From Thermodesulfobacteriota bacterium (GTDB taxonomy: Bacteria; Desulfobacterota_D; UBA1144; Nemesobacterales; Mycalebacteriaceae), in the NCBI GenBank assembly GCA_965226585.1, contig OZ245366.1:576001-640000 (forward strand): 64,000 nt of DNA, written 5' to 3'. Within the stretch, counting starts at the first letter, position 1; the number at the start of each line of letters is the position of its first letter. The notes under the pieces were generated by a model. The model saw only the letters and a program-made list of their open reading frames with translations. It made no database searches and was not told the origin of the DNA. A program made the position numbers and the translations under genes. This document shows positions 50,719 to 62,126 of this stretch, in pieces.

Positions 50719-51633
50719 ATGGACGGCGGCAAGGAGATAGATAACGCGGTCAAAGGCTTCCGGCGGTATCTGCAGTATGAGAGAAACCTGTCATCCAACA
50801 CAGTCCGCGCCTACATGACGGACATACGTCAGTTCACCGGCTTTGTGATAAAAAAACGGCTCAACCTTTTCTCAATGGATTTGAGGGATATGAACAGATA
50901 CGTGGAGTCTCGTTTCGCGCTCAATTCCAAAACTTCAACTGAAAGAAAACTTGCCGCCGTCAGGTCTTTTTTCCGCTTTCTGAACACCGAAAACATGACG
51001 GACGGCAATCCCGCGAAAAGCGTGAAAGCGCCGAAAAAAAAGAAACCGCTTCCGTCCTTTCTTTCCGTGGATGAGATAGACGCCCTCATGAGAGTGCTTC
51101 AAGACAGGGAGGGAAGTTTTCACCTGAGAAATGTGGCGATGTTTGAACTCGCGTACTCTTGCGGCCTCAGGGTTGGCGAACTTGTTTCCGTTAAGCCCGA
51201 TGATCTGGACTTCGGTCAGTCAACCGTGAGGGTTATGGGAAAAGGCGGAAAGCAGAGGGTTGTTCCATTCGGCTCAAAAGCCGCGAGCGCCCTCAAAGAG
51301 TATTTGCCCGCGCGCGGGGAGATGAAACCGAAAACCGATATGCTGTTTGTAGGTTCAAAAAAGACCGGAATAACATCAAGAAGCGTCTCAAGAATTCTGA
51401 AACGCTACGCTCTGGCTGCCGGAATCAACAAGAATGTTTCGCCTCACACCCTCAGGCACAGTTTTGCCACACACCTGCTCGCGGCGGACGGCGAAGGCTC
51501 TGAAAAACGCGACAAACTGAGGGCGATACAACTTATGCTCGGGCACTCAAGCCTTTCATCAACTCAAAAATATACGCACATATCTGTTGAACAGTTGATG
51601 AGCATATATGACAATACTCATCCGAGGGCTTGA
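50719..51633 (+). CDS. xerC: Tyrosine recombinase XerC
   Basis: [36 protein letters not shown]; upstream of hslVU. Confidence 0.88.
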   Translation: MDGGKEIDNAVKGFRRYLQYERNLSSNTVRAYMTDIRQFTGFVIKKRLNLFSMDLRDMNRYVESRFALNSKTSTERKLAAVRSFFRFLNTENMTDGNPAKSVKAPKKKKPLPSFLSVDEIDALMRVLQDREGSFHLRNVAMFELAYSCGLRVGELVSVKPDDLDFGQSTVRVMGKGGKQRVVPFGSKAASALKEYLPARGEMKPKTDMLFVGSKKTGITSRSVSRILKRYALAAGINKNVSPHTLRHSFATHLLAADGEGSEKRDKLRAIQLMLGHSSLSSTQKYTHISVEQLMSIYDNTHPRA

Positions 51634-51634
51634 G

Positions 51635-52186
51635 ATGACAGACAGCGCGACCGCAACATTTCACGGAACAACCATTGTGTGCGTAAACAAAGACGGGCTT
51701 ACCGCCATGGGCGGCGACGGACAGGTTACGCTTGGCGATGTTTCCGTAAAGCACACGGCAAACAAGATACGGAAACTGCGTTCGGGCAAAGTGTGCGTGG
51801 GTTTTGCCGGCTCCACGGCGGACGCGATAACGCTTTTTGACAGATTTGAAACAAAACTTGAGGAGTTTGGCGGCAACCTTAAACGCGCCGCCGTTGAACT
51901 GGGAAAAGACTGGAGAACGGACAGAATTCTGCGCCGCCTTGAAGCTCTGCTTGCCGTTGCCGACAAGGAAAATATGTTTATAATATCGGGCGGCGGAGAC
52001 ATTCTTGAGCCTGATGACGGCATAATCGCCATAGGTTCGGGAGGGTCGTACGCAAGAGCCGCCGCGATTTCTCTCGTGAAGTTTTCAAATCTCAAAGCTG
52101 ATGAAGTGGTTCGCAATTCGCTTCTCACGGCGGCGGACATCTGCATATACACAAACGATAAAATACGCATTGAGACCGTTTCATAA
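51635..52186 (+). CDS. hslV: ATP-dependent protease subunit HslV
   Basis: [44 protein letters not shown]. Confidence 0.97.
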   Translation: MTDSATATFHGTTIVCVNKDGLTAMGGDGQVTLGDVSVKHTANKIRKLRSGKVCVGFAGSTADAITLFDRFETKLEEFGGNLKRAAVELGKDWRTDRILRRLEALLAVADKENMFIISGGGDILEPDDGIIAIGSGGSYARAAAISLVKFSNLKADEVVRNSLLTAADICIYTNDKIRIETVS

Positions 52187-53565
52187 TGAAGGGAGACTCA
52201 TTTTTTACACCGCGCGAGATAGTTTCCGAACTTGACAAGTACATCATCGGGCAGGACAAAGCCAAAAGGTCGGTCGCGATTGCCCTCAGAAACAGGTGGC
52301 GGCGGCAGAAAGTCAGCTCGGAGATGAGGGACGAGATTGTTCCCAAGAATATACTGATGATGGGACCCACGGGTGTCGGGAAAACGGAGATAGCCCGCCG
52401 CCTCGCTAAACTTTCTCAGGCGCCTTTTATCAAGGTTGAGGCGTCAAAATTCACCGAAGTCGGGTACATGGGAAGAGACGTTGAGTCCATGATACGCGAC
52501 CTTACCGAGATAGCCGTAAAACTGGTCTCCGATGAAGAGAGCAAAACCGTTCTCACAAAAGCCGAAGACATGGCGGAGGAGCGGATGCTTGACATTCTTC
52601 TGCCTCCCCCGGCGCCTGAACCTGAACCGGCGGGCGGTGAGGAAAGCGGCGCAGACGGCTCCCGCGCTGCGCGCGCGGAGTCTGCGGAAAAGACGAAAGA
52701 AAAACTGAGAAAACTTCTGAGGCAGGGGAAGCTGGACGACAAAACAGTGGATATTGAAGTTTCCTCAAACGCAACGCCGTTTCAGATTCTGGGAATGCAG
52801 GGAGCAATGGACGAGATAGACCTCAACCTTCCCGAAATGCTCGGCAGTCTTATGGCGAAGGGCCCGAAGTCGAAAAAACTGAAAGTTCCCGCCGCGATGG
52901 AGATTCTCATCAGGGAGGAATCTCAAAAACTTGTGGACATGGACAAGGTTGTGAAACTTGCCGTTGAGAGGGTTGAGAACACGGGCATCATATTCATAGA
53001 CGAGATAGACAAAATTGCCGGCGGAAAATCCAACTCCGGCCCCGATGTGTCAAGAGAGGGGGTTCAGCGCGACCTTCTGCCGATAATAGAGGGCTCAACG
53101 GTCAACACAAAGCACGGAATGGTCAGAACAGACCACATAATGTTTATCGGCGCGGGCGCGTTCCACGTTTCAAAACCGTCAGACCTGATACCGGAAATAC
53201 AGGGGCGTTTCCCCGTGCGGGTTGAGCTTGAGGCTCTCGGCAAAGACGAGATGGTAAAAATACTCACCAAAACGAAAAACGCTCTGGCAAAACAGTATGT
53301 TGCCCTGCTGAAAACGGAAGACGTCAACCTTGTGTTCAAGCCCGACGCCATTGAAGAGATAGCCGCGACCGCAATGGAGGTGAACAGTTCAAACGAAAAT
53401 ATCGGCGCGCGGCGGCTTCACACAATCCTTGAGACAATTCTGGACGAAATATCTTTTCAGGCTCCCGACATGACAAAGCGCAAGGTTGAGATAGACGCGG
53501 AATACGTCAAAGGAAAAATATCGGGAATTGCCGCCAACAGGGATTTGAGCAAATACATACTCTGA
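52186..53565 (+). CDS. hslU: ATP-dependent protease ATPase HslU
   Basis: [45 protein letters not shown]. Confidence 0.97.
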   Translation: MKGDSFFTPREIVSELDKYIIGQDKAKRSVAIALRNRWRRQKVSSEMRDEIVPKNILMMGPTGVGKTEIARRLAKLSQAPFIKVEASKFTEVGYMGRDVESMIRDLTEIAVKLVSDEESKTVLTKAEDMAEERMLDILLPPPAPEPEPAGGEESGADGSRAARAESAEKTKEKLRKLLRQGKLDDKTVDIEVSSNATPFQILGMQGAMDEIDLNLPEMLGSLMAKGPKSKKLKVPAAMEILIREESQKLVDMDKVVKLAVERVENTGIIFIDEIDKIAGGKSNSGPDVSREGVQRDLLPIIEGSTVNTKHGMVRTDHIMFIGAGAFHVSKPSDLIPEIQGRFPVRVELEALGKDEMVKILTKTKNALAKQYVALLKTEDVNLVFKPDAIEEIAATAMEVNSSNENIGARRLHTILETILDEISFQAPDMTKRKVEIDAEYVKGKISGIAANRDLSKYIL

Positions 53566-53622
53566 TAAATCTCAAAGGCACAATGTTATGTATATTATCT
53601 GCGTTTCAGAGCGTGAAATCCG

Positions 53623-54495
53623 ATGACAAACAAGGCCGAAATCCTTGCCGAAGCCCTTCCCTACATAAAGCGGTTTTACGGCAAATACATTGTAGTTAAA
53701 TACAGCGGCAGTCTCGTGGGCGAATCTCTCACGGGATTTGCGCGTGACATCGCGCTTATGAAATTTGTCGGTATGCACCCCGTTGTGGTTCACGGCGGCG
53801 GCAAGCAGATAGCGGCTCAACTCAAAAGCGAGGGAATGCAGTCCCGTTTTATAGCGGGGCTCAGGGTTACGGACAAGGAGATGATAAAGGTTGTGGCAAA
53901 GGTGCTTGCCGGAAGGGTCAACAAAAGCGTGGTCGCGGCGATAAGGAAACAGGGCGCGAAATCGGTCGGAATTGCCGGAAGCGACACTTCTCTTCTCAAA
54001 GTCGCCAAGGCGGACATCAGGCAGATTGCCGAACTCAACGGCGTAAAAGTTCCCCCCGGAGCCGATATCGGAATGGTGGGAGACATCAAAAAAGTGAACT
54101 CAAAACTTCTGCGCCTCTACTCGCAAGACGGGTACGTACCCGTTGTCGCTCCCATCGGCAGAGACTCTAAAGGCGACACCTACAACATCAACGCCGACCA
54201 CGCGGCGGGCAAACTGGCTTCGGCTCTCAAAGCCGAAAAACTGATTATGCTTACAAACGTTACCGGAATCCTTGACGGCAAAAAGAAACTGCTTTCGTCC
54301 GTTACCTTCAAGCAGGCGGACAGGATGATAAAAAACGGAACCATTGAGGGCGGCATGCGCCCCAAAGCCAAATGTTGTGTGGAGGCCGTTACTGAAGGCG
54401 TTAAAAAGGCGCACATCATAGACGGGCGAACCGTTCACGCGCTTATACTTGAAATCTTTACAGACGCCGGAATCGGAACTGAGATACGAAAATGA
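53623..54495 (+). CDS. argB: Acetylglutamate kinase
   Basis: EALPYI, VVHGGG, GLRVTD, YNINAD, GGM.PK, EIFTD.GIGT. Confidence 0.96.
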   Translation: MTNKAEILAEALPYIKRFYGKYIVVKYSGSLVGESLTGFARDIALMKFVGMHPVVVHGGGKQIAAQLKSEGMQSRFIAGLRVTDKEMIKVVAKVLAGRVNKSVVAAIRKQGAKSVGIAGSDTSLLKVAKADIRQIAELNGVKVPPGADIGMVGDIKKVNSKLLRLYSQDGYVPVVAPIGRDSKGDTYNINADHAAGKLASALKAEKLIMLTNVTGILDGKKKLLSSVTFKQADRMIKNGTIEGGMRPKAKCCVEAVTEGVKKAHIIDGRTVHALILEIFTDAGIGTEIRK

Positions 54496-55688
54496 CGGAA
54501 GAAATAATCTCCCGCACCGATGGGGGCGCGATGAACACCTACCGGCGTTTTCAAATCGCGATTGAAAGGGGCGAAGGCTCGTGGCTGATTGACACCGCCG
54601 GCAAAAGGTATCTGGACTTCACATCCGGCATAGCGGTTGCCAACCTGGGGCACTGCCATCCGGCGCTCGTCAGCGCGGCAAAAAAACAGATGGAGACGCT
54701 TGTTCACACTTCCAATCTTTTCTACACGGAGCCGCAATCGCGGCTTGTGTCTCTTCTCACCCGCCACTCTTTCGCGGACAAAGTGTTTCTGTGCAACAGC
54801 GGAACCGAGGCGTCTGAGGGGGTTATAAAACTCCTCAGGAAATGGGCGCGAAACAGCGGACGCGAAAAAACCATAGTTTGCGCTTCCGGCTCTTTTCACG
54901 GGCGGACTCTGGGCGCGCTTGGAGCCACAAGCGGAGAGGCGTTCCGCGCCGGTTTCGAGCCTCTGCCGGAGGGTTTTGTGTTTGTTCCCTACGGAGACAC
55001 AGGCGCCGTTGACAGGGCGGTTGCGGAGCACCGCGCCTGCGCTTTTATGGTAGAGCCGGTACAGGGCGAAAGCGGAGTAATCATTCCGCCTGACGGCTAT
55101 CTCTCTTCCGTGCGGGAGATTTGTTCGCGCCACGGAGCCTTGCTCGCGCTTGATGAAATTCAGACCGGAATGGGCAGGACGGGAAAGATGTTCTGCTATG
55201 AGCATTCCGGCATAGAGCCGGATGTTGCCGCCATTGCGAAGGGGCTTGGCGGCGGAATACCTTGCGGCGCGGTGCTTGCGAGCGGAGAGGCGGCGGAGAG
55301 TCTTACTCCGGGGTCGCACGGAAGCACTTTCGGCGGCGGGGCGTTCGCGTCTGCCTGCGCGGCGGCGGTTATTGAGGAGATAGTTTCCTCCTCGCTTGCG
55401 GAAAACGCGCGTGAGCGCGGGCGGCGGCTTCTTGAAGGAATTTTCCCCGGCGATTTTCCGTCCGGCGCGGTCAAAGAGGCGCGGGTAATGGGGCTTATGG
55501 CGGGGCTTGAGTTCAACTCGCCCGATGCGGCGAAAGATGTTGTAAGCCTGTGCGCGGAAAAGGGACTGCTCACGATTCTGACCGCCGGAAACGTGATGCG
55601 GCTTCTTCCTCCGCTTATAGTTACGAATGAGGAGATAGACATTGCCGTCTCAACAATAAAAGAGGCGGCAAACGAGGTATGCGCATAA
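54492..55688 (+). CDS. argD: Acetylornithine aminotransferase
   Basis: YLDFTSGIAV, NSGTEA, FHGRT, EPVQGESG, DEIQTG.GRTG, HGSTFGG; between argB and argF. Confidence 0.92.
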   Translation: MTEEIISRTDGGAMNTYRRFQIAIERGEGSWLIDTAGKRYLDFTSGIAVANLGHCHPALVSAAKKQMETLVHTSNLFYTEPQSRLVSLLTRHSFADKVFLCNSGTEASEGVIKLLRKWARNSGREKTIVCASGSFHGRTLGALGATSGEAFRAGFEPLPEGFVFVPYGDTGAVDRAVAEHRACAFMVEPVQGESGVIIPPDGYLSSVREICSRHGALLALDEIQTGMGRTGKMFCYEHSGIEPDVAAIAKGLGGGIPCGAVLASGEAAESLTPGSHGSTFGGGAFASACAAAVIEEIVSSSLAENARERGRRLLEGIFPGDFPSGAVKEARVMGLMAGLEFNSPDAAKDVVSLCAEKGLLTILTAGNVMRLLPPLIVTNEEIDIAVSTIKEAANEVCA

Positions 55689-56617
55689 TGAGCAGGAATT
55701 TTTTAAGTGTTTTTGACGTTTCCGCGGGCGACATTGAAAAGATGATGGCGCGCGCGCTTGAGCACAGGGAGTACAGCGCGAAGGGGGCGGTGGGCAAGTC
55801 TCTTGAAGGCAAGGTTGTGGGGATAGTTTTTGAAAAGCCGTCCACGCGCACGAGGGTTTCATTTGAATCGGCGGCGGCGATGCTGGGCGCGCATCCGGTT
55901 TTTATAGATTCGGGAAGCACTCAGATAAACCGGGGCGAAACGCTTGAAGACACGGCGAAGGTTTTGTCTTCGTATGTTGACATAATAGTCATGAGAACCC
56001 ACGAGCAGGAGCGGATTGAGAGTTTTGCCGGGAGTTCATCAGTTCCCGTCATAAACGCGCTGAGCGAGATGGAGCATCCCACGCAGGCGCTCGCCGATAT
56101 GTTCACAATCGCGATGCAGGACATAGATTTGGCAAGTTTCAAACTCGCCTACATTGGTGACGGCAACAACGTGGCGAATTCGCTGATAGGAATGTCTTCC
56201 GTTCTGGGTTTTGACGTCGCGGTCGCGGCTCCTCCCGGCAGAGAGCCGGATGAGGGTGTGCTGAACAGAAGTGGAAAAAGCAACGGCAGGTCGGCGCACA
56301 TCACAATCACGAACGACCCTGCGGAAGCGGTTGAAGATGCCGATGTGATTTACACCGATGTGTGGGTCAGCATGGGGCAGGAAGGCGGCGGGGATGAGGT
56401 GAAAAAACTGTTCTCTCCGTATCAGGTCAACGCAGGGCTCCTTTCACGCGCTCCGGCAGACGCCGTTGTTATGCACTGCCTTCCCGCGCACAGGGGCGAG
56501 GAAATCACCGCCGAGGTGATGAACGACAAAAGGTTCATCGGCTTTGAGCAGGCGGAAAACAAACTCCATACCGCAAAATCGGTTCTGGAGTTCTTTCTTG
56601 ACTGGAAGGATGAGTAG
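55688..56617 (+). CDS. argF: Ornithine carbamoyltransferase
   Basis: FEKPSTRTR, HPTQ, GDGNN, TDVWVSMG, MHCLPAHRG. Confidence 0.96.
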   Translation: MSRNFLSVFDVSAGDIEKMMARALEHREYSAKGAVGKSLEGKVVGIVFEKPSTRTRVSFESAAAMLGAHPVFIDSGSTQINRGETLEDTAKVLSSYVDIIVMRTHEQERIESFAGSSSVPVINALSEMEHPTQALADMFTIAMQDIDLASFKLAYIGDGNNVANSLIGMSSVLGFDVAVAAPPGREPDEGVLNRSGKSNGRSAHITITNDPAEAVEDADVIYTDVWVSMGQEGGGDEVKKLFSPYQVNAGLLSRAPADAVVMHCLPAHRGEEITAEVMNDKRFIGFEQAENKLHTAKSVLEFFLDWKDE

Positions 56618-56628
56618 GGCGCGAGTTT

Positions 56629-57189
56629 CTACTTTTTCGAAATCCTTGGCGGCGTGATGCCCTTCTGTTTCTGGTATTTGCCTTTTTTGTCCGCGTATGA
56701 CTTCTCGCACACTTCGTCTCCGTCAAAGAACAGAACCTGCGCTATTCCCTCTCCGGCGTAGATTTTTGCCGGAAGCGGGGTTGTGTTTGATATCTCAAGC
56801 GTTACAAAACCTTCCCATTCAGGCTCAAACGGGGTTACGTTCACTATTATTCCGCATCTGGCGTATGTGGATTTCCCGACACAGACCGTCAGAATACTGC
56901 GCGGAATTCTGAAATACTCAACCGTTCTCGCAAGCGCGAAAGAATTCGGCGGAATCACACAGTCTCCCTTTACCGACACAAAAGATTTTTTATCAAACTT
57001 CTTCGGGTCAACAAGAGTGCTGTGTATGTTCGTGAACACCTGAAACTCGTTGCTCACCCTGATGTCGTAGCCGTAGGATGAAAGCCCGTAGGAAATTTTT
57101 CCCTTGCTTACCTGCGACTGCACAAACGGCTCTATCATCTTCTGCCCGCGAGCCATTCTCCTTATCCACTTGTCGGATTTTATTCCCAT
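56629..57189 (-). CDS. dcd: dCTP deaminase
   Basis: [31 protein letters not shown]. Confidence 0.96.
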   Translation of the reverse strand: MGIKSDKWIRRMARGQKMIEPFVQSQVSKGKISYGLSSYGYDIRVSNEFQVFTNIHSTLVDPKKFDKKSFVSVKGDCVIPPNSFALARTVEYFRIPRSILTVCVGKSTYARCGIIVNVTPFEPEWEGFVTLEISNTTPLPAKIYAGEGIAQVLFFDGDEVCEKSYADKKGKYQKQKGITPPRISKK

Positions 57190-57209
57190 TTGTTCCCCCC
57201 TTCCGGCGG

Positions 57210-58247
57210 CTATGAAAACTGCCGGAGAAATCTTAGATCGTTTTCAAAAAAGAGCCGGATGTCGTCAATGCCGAACTTCAACATCGCCATTCTCTCAACT
57301 CCCATTCCAAAGGCAAATCCGGAGTATTCATCCGGATTGTATCCAACATTTTTGAACACCGCCGGGTCAACCATTCCACAGCCCAGCACCTCAATCCATC
57401 CGGTTTTTTTGCAAACCCTGCACCCTTTTCCCCGGCATATCACGCACTCTATGTCCACCTCCGCACTCGGCTCTGTGAAGGGAAAGAAACTGGGCCTGAA
57501 CCGGACGTTTGTGTCCTCGTCAAAATACATGTTGATGAAGCTGATTATAACGGACTTCAGGTTGGCGAAACTTACCTCCTCGTCAACCATAAGCCCCTCA
57601 ATCTGATGGAACATCGGCGAGTGGGAGACATCGCTGTCGCAACGGTAAACCTTTCCCGGAACCACAACGCGCACCGGGGGCGACTGCTTTTCCATAACGC
57701 GGATTTGAACCGGAGAAGTGTGCGTTCTCAGCACCATCTCATCCGATATGTAAAACGTGTCCTGCATATCGCGCGCGGGATGGTCTTTGCCTATGTTGAG
57801 AGCCTCGAAATTGTAGTAGTCAAGCTCCACTTCGGGACCGTCCATGATTGAGAAACCCAGCCTTTCAAATATCCCCGAAATCTCGCCCATAACCAGAGTA
57901 ACCGGATGAAGAGAGCCGGGCTCAGCACCGCGTCCGGGAAGGGTAATGTCTATCTTTTCCCCCGCAAGAGATTTTTCCGCGACTCCGCGTTTTAATTCGG
58001 ATATTCTTTCTCTCGCAAGCCCGTCAATCTCGTTTTTCGCCTTGTTCAGAACCGTTCCCGCGAGTCGTTTTTCATCCATTGAGGAGATGTCTTTGAGCGA
58101 TTTTATCATCGCCGTTATGGAGCCGCTCTTGCCCGTGTAGCGCGACTTTATCTGATGCACTGCCGATTCATCATCAGCCGCCGCCATCTCTTCGCGCGCT
58201 TTGCCCGACTCTTTTGCGACCTGTTTTTCCATATCTCCCGCACTCAT
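57210..58247 (-). CDS. pheS: Phenylalanine-tRNA ligase alpha subunit
   Basis: [49 protein letters not shown] overlaps secF stop. Confidence 0.97.
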   Translation of the reverse strand: MSAGDMEKQVAKESGKAREEMAAADDESAVHQIKSRYTGKSGSITAMIKSLKDISSMDEKRLAGTVLNKAKNEIDGLARERISELKRGVAEKSLAGEKIDITLPGRGAEPGSLHPVTLVMGEISGIFERLGFSIMDGPEVELDYYNFEALNIGKDHPARDMQDTFYISDEMVLRTHTSPVQIRVMEKQSPPVRVVVPGKVYRCDSDVSHSPMFHQIEGLMVDEEVSFANLKSVIISFINMYFDEDTNVRFRPSFFPFTEPSAEVDIECVICRGKGCRVCKKTGWIEVLGCGMVDPAVFKNVGYNPDEYSGFAFGMGVERMAMLKFGIDDIRLFFENDLRFLRQFS

Positions 58248-59146
58248 TTCGCGGCTCCGTCTTTTTTCATTCTCACAAGAAACCACGGCGCGACAAAGAT
58301 GGAAGAGTAGGTTCCGGCAACAACGCCGACCATCAGCGTGAACGCGAAATCGTGTATCACCGAGCCGCCCAGAATGAACAGGGGAACAAGAACTATGAAC
58401 ACGGTGATTGTGGTGAGAACCGTTCTTGAAAGTGTGCGCGTGATTCCGAGATTGACAGAAGAGGTGAACTCAACCGGCTTGTCCTCTCCGGCGACCGTCT
58501 CCCGTATGCGGTCGAATATGACGATAGTGTCGTTCACCGAATAACCGATAACCATCAGCAGGGCGGCGACTATTGAAAGCGTTATTTCCTTGTCCGCAAT
58601 TGCCAGAGCGCCCATTGTTATAAAAACATCGTGAAGAAGAGCCGCGACCGCGCCCGTGGCGTACCCTATCTCAAACCTGAATATGAGATACATCAATATC
58701 GCGGCGCACCCGATGAGAACGGCAAACACCGCTTTGCGCACAAACTCGCGCCCCACATTCGGACCGATGTAGTCAATCCGCAAAACCTCAGAGCCCCGGA
58801 ACGCGGGAACCTTTTCAACCGCCGAGGCGAAACTCTTTTTGAAATTGTTTATCTCATCAGGCGGAAGGATTTCCGTTGAGAACTTGACGAGAAACTCTCC
58901 CGAAGTCTCAAGACCGAACCTCTGAACCGACACGGGTTTGTACCCCGAACCTGAGAACATTTCCCTCACTTCCGGCTCCCGCGCGGTGGAAGAATCAACC
59001 TTGATTTGAACCTCCGTTCCGCCCGTGAACTCAACTCCCAGTTTGGGTCCCCCTTCAATCACAACCGCCGCGAAACATGCCGCGAGCATAAGCAGTGACA
59101 GAACGGAGGTTTTGCCGAACCACGATGTAAAATTTACAGCCTTCAT
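58244..59146 (-). CDS. secF: Protein translocase subunit SecF
   Basis: GVEFTGGT, IGP.VG, HDV, GYSVNDTIVIFDRIRE, GTYSSIF. Confidence 0.96.
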   Translation of the reverse strand: MKAVNFTSWFGKTSVLSLLMLAACFAAVVIEGGPKLGVEFTGGTEVQIKVDSSTAREPEVREMFSGSGYKPVSVQRFGLETSGEFLVKFSTEILPPDEINNFKKSFASAVEKVPAFRGSEVLRIDYIGPNVGREFVRKAVFAVLIGCAAILMYLIFRFEIGYATGAVAALLHDVFITMGALAIADKEITLSIVAALLMVIGYSVNDTIVIFDRIRETVAGEDKPVEFTSSVNLGITRTLSRTVLTTITVFIVLVPLFILGGSVIHDFAFTLMVGVVAGTYSSIFVAPWFLVRMKKDGAAK

Positions 59147-59168
59147 AACTTAAATTTCCTTGAGAGGC

Positions 59169-60767
59169 TCAAGCCGTTTTCGCCCCCTGTTTCCAAATTG
59201 CTCCCGCTATAAGCCGCGCCACAATCAGGTTGCTGAAAACCGTGCAGACAATGCCCGTGCAAAGCGTGGCGGCAAATCCCTTTATCGGCCCGTCGCCGAA
59301 CCAGAACAGGATAACCCCGGCAAGCAGGGTCGTAACGTTGGCGTCAAGAATGGTTCTGACAGACCTTTTGTATCCGGCTTCAATGGCGTGCAGATGCGAC
59401 TTGCCCGCGTGCACTTCCTCCCTGATTCTCTCAAAGATGATTATGTTTCCGTCAACCGCGATGCCGAGCGTGAGTATCATTCCCGCTATTCCCGGAAGCG
59501 TGAGCGTTACGCCGAAAGACGCGAGAAGCCCCATTATAAACAGCATATTCAGCCCCAGCGCCAGATTGGCGACAATCCCGTGTGTGCCGTAATAGAAAGC
59601 CATGAACAGAATCACGAGAATGCCCCCGACAAGCATGGACAGTTTTCCCTTCTGTATGGAATCTCTTCCGAGAGAGGGGCCTATAAGCCTTTCCTGCTCA
59701 ACGAAAACCGGAACCGGAAGCGCGCCGGAACGTAGAACAAGGGCGAGATCCTGCGCTTCGGCTTGAGTGAACTCGCCGGTTATCTGCCCTTCAAAGGTTA
59801 TGCGGCTTTGCACCACCGGAGCCGATTTTACAACGCCGTCAAGCACTATCGCCAGCCGGTTGCCGATGTTGGCGCCGGTAAGTTTTCCGAACGCTCCCGC
59901 CCCCTTCCTCGAAAAACTGAACGAAACGGCGGGGCTTCCGAAGTTGTCAAACACGAGCCGCGCGTCTGATATGTGCTCTCCCGTAACAGACGCCTTTAAG
60001 TCCGTTATGAAGAAATTTTCGTTTCCGCCCTCATACGACGGATGAGCCGCAAGCCCTTTTTCTTCAAGGTTTTCCTCAGACCCCGCTTCCGCGCTCACAA
60101 GCGCCTGTTCAAGGGAAAATCCCTCGCCGTGAACTATTTTGAACTCCAGAACCGCCGTCTTTTTGATGATGTCAACAATTCTGTCCCTGTCCTTTTCCGA
60201 GGCGCCCGGAACCTGTATTACTATTCTGTTGTCGCCCACTTTTGTTATTGACGGCTCCACAAGACCGAAGTCCAGCACGCGGTTTTCTATCACCTGCCTC
60301 ACTTGTTCAATGGAGTTGTCTTTTATGCGCGAGATGTTGTAAGAGTCGGGGAAAATTCGCAGGGAGAGTTTTCCTTCGTCCGCTTCAACCGAAAGATATT
60401 CAAATCTTTTTTCAGCCGCGCGCCGGGCTTTTGTGAAACTGTTTGAATCCGCGAAATTCACCGTGAGGGAGAAATCTTTTATCTCCGTCTCCTCAATGGC
60501 TTCGCCCGGGTTTTCAAGTTCTTCGCTTAAGTATTCCCGCGCCGATTCAAGCCGCCTGACGACGCCCCGGTCGGTTTCAACTCCGAGTTGTATAAAAACC
60601 CCGCCCCGCAGGTCGAGCCCCAGCCGTATACCCCTTGCGGGAAACGCCTTTGACCACCATCCGGGCAGTTTATCGCCGACAATATTGGGAGCGAGAAATA
60701 TTCCCGAAAGAACTATAAAGACCGCTACGCCGGTCAGCCAGAGTCTGGAAACTCCGCCCAACCTCAT
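59169..60767 (-). CDS. secD: Protein translocase subunit SecD
   Basis: LGLDLRGG, GLVEP, LRSGALP, IGPSLG, AVDGNIIIFERIREE, KGFA.TL. Confidence 0.96.
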   Translation of the reverse strand: MRLGGVSRLWLTGVAVFIVLSGIFLAPNIVGDKLPGWWSKAFPARGIRLGLDLRGGVFIQLGVETDRGVVRRLESAREYLSEELENPGEAIEETEIKDFSLTVNFADSNSFTKARRAAEKRFEYLSVEADEGKLSLRIFPDSYNISRIKDNSIEQVRQVIENRVLDFGLVEPSITKVGDNRIVIQVPGASEKDRDRIVDIIKKTAVLEFKIVHGEGFSLEQALVSAEAGSEENLEEKGLAAHPSYEGGNENFFITDLKASVTGEHISDARLVFDNFGSPAVSFSFSRKGAGAFGKLTGANIGNRLAIVLDGVVKSAPVVQSRITFEGQITGEFTQAEAQDLALVLRSGALPVPVFVEQERLIGPSLGRDSIQKGKLSMLVGGILVILFMAFYYGTHGIVANLALGLNMLFIMGLLASFGVTLTLPGIAGMILTLGIAVDGNIIIFERIREEVHAGKSHLHAIEAGYKRSVRTILDANVTTLLAGVILFWFGDGPIKGFAATLCTGIVCTVFSNLIVARLIAGAIWKQGAKTA

Positions 60768-61135
60768 TCACCGGCCTTTTCTTCAATCTTTGAAGCCACC
60801 GCTCCGGCAGACGCCTTGACCGTTACGCCTTTGGCAATCTCAAGCGACAGATGACCGTCTTCAGCTATGTCCGTTATCGTGGCGTACAAGCCGCCGTTTG
60901 TGAGAACGTTGTCGCCGCGCTTGAGGTCTTTCAGCATCTGATCGCGCTGGCGCGACCGTTTCTGCTGGGGGCGGATTATAAGGAAATAGAACAGCACGAA
61001 AAGAAGCACAAAAGGCAGAAGCCCGACAAGCGGCGACTGCGATTTTCCGGCTTCCTCCGCAAAAGCGGACCCCGCAGGCGTCAACGCGAAAAGCGTTGAG
61101 AAAGATGAGAGAACAGTAAATTTTAAATTTTTCAA
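60764..61135 (-). CDS. yajC: Preprotein translocase subunit YajC
   Basis: FYFLIIRPQQKR, LKRGD.V.T.GGL; TTG start at 61135 after GGAGG inferred. Confidence 0.93.
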   Translation of the reverse strand: MKNLKFTVLSSFSTLFALTPAGSAFAEEAGKSQSPLVGLLPFVLLFVLFYFLIIRPQQKRSRQRDQMLKDLKRGDNVLTNGGLYATITDIAEDGHLSLEIAKGVTVKASAGAVASKIEEKAGE

Positions 61136-61245
61136 AACAGGAAGCCCTCCAAATGAAAATGACTGCCGTCCGGCGGACGGCGGAAACTTTTGAGATTTTA
61201 TAACCATTCCATCTTTTTTCAACACCGCGCCCGCCGCAAGTTGCT

Positions 61246-62028
61246 CTACAGTCCCAGAACTTCCTTCATTCCGTACATTCCGGCGGGCTTGCCGCAGACC
61301 CATTTCGCCGCCCGTATCGCTCCCGCGGCGAATATGCCCCTGTCGCTTGCCCTGTGGGAAAGTTCAAGCCTTTCGCCGCCCGAGAGGAAAAAAACCGTGT
61401 GGTCTCCGGCGACCGCTCCGCCCCGCAAAGACTGTATTCCAATCTCTTTTTCCCCTCTCGCAAGCCCCGTTCCCTCGCGTGAGCAGACCGCCGCGCTTTC
61501 AAGCGACCGCCCCCCTGCCGCCGCCGCGGCGCGGGCAAGCGCGAGAGCCGTTCCGCTTGGCGCGTCCGCTTTTCCCGCGTGGTGAATCTCAAGCACCTCT
61601 ATGTCAAAACCGTCTCCGAGTTTGGCCGCCGCGTCTGAAACCAGCCGCTCAAGAACGTTGACTCCTATGCTCATGTTCGGCGCCATCACGCAAGCGAAAC
61701 CGCCTGAGAGTTCCTCAAGTTCCTCTCTTTGGGCGGGGGTGAATCCCGTTGTTCCGATAACCATTGCCCTGCCCGCCCCCGCGCAGTAACGGGCGTTTGC
61801 GAGTGTCGCCCGGGGGGATGTGAAATCCACCACCACGTTTGCTTGCGCGGAAGCGTCCGCAACGCTCTCTGAAACGCGCACGCCTTCAATTTCCGTGCCC
61901 GCGGCTTTGTGCCCCGCCATTTCAAACAGACCCGCGATTTCAACGCCGTCTGTCCGGACGGCTTCAGAGATTACCGCTCCGCCCATGCGACCGCCCGCTC
62001 CCGCCACTGATATTTTGACTGCCGCCAT
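61246..62028 (-). CDS. dapB: 4-hydroxy-tetrahydrodipicolinate reductase
   Basis: GAGGRMG, DFT, IGTTG, PNMSIGVN, EIHH..KADAPSGTA. Confidence 0.96.
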   Translation of the reverse strand: MAAVKISVAGAGGRMGGAVISEAVRTDGVEIAGLFEMAGHKAAGTEIEGVRVSESVADASAQANVVVDFTSPRATLANARYCAGAGRAMVIGTTGFTPAQREELEELSGGFACVMAPNMSIGVNVLERLVSDAAAKLGDGFDIEVLEIHHAGKADAPSGTALALARAAAAAGGRSLESAAVCSREGTGLARGEKEIGIQSLRGGAVAGDHTVFFLSGGERLELSHRASDRGIFAAGAIRAAKWVCGKPAGMYGMKEVLGL

Positions 62029-62126
62029 CGTTTTATTTTTACAAGGGGCGAAAGTAAAGTAAAATCACTCCGCCGAAGGTTTAGGTTAAACGCCGGACGC
62101 GGAATTTCAACAAAAGATATCAAACA

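Noticed and set aside
50719..51633. Tyrosine recombinase as the integrase of a mobile element
   Set aside because: Host-like composition, XerC length and motifs, and a typical xerC-hslV-hslU context; 38 kb from the island
53578..53605. dif-like or ARG-box-like AT-rich stretch (TGTATATTAT) before argB
   Set aside because: Only the core resembles dif and both arms match poorly; it does not fit the ArgR palindrome; more likely a promoter -10 region
55678..55705. TGCGCATAATG resembling the XerC arm of dif
   Set aside because: No XerD arm; explained by the argD stop/argF start overlap
61165..61181. GC hairpin GCCGTCC-ggc-GGACGGC between dapB and yajC
   Set aside because: Single short hairpin with no clean U-tract or riboswitch features; function cannot be supported
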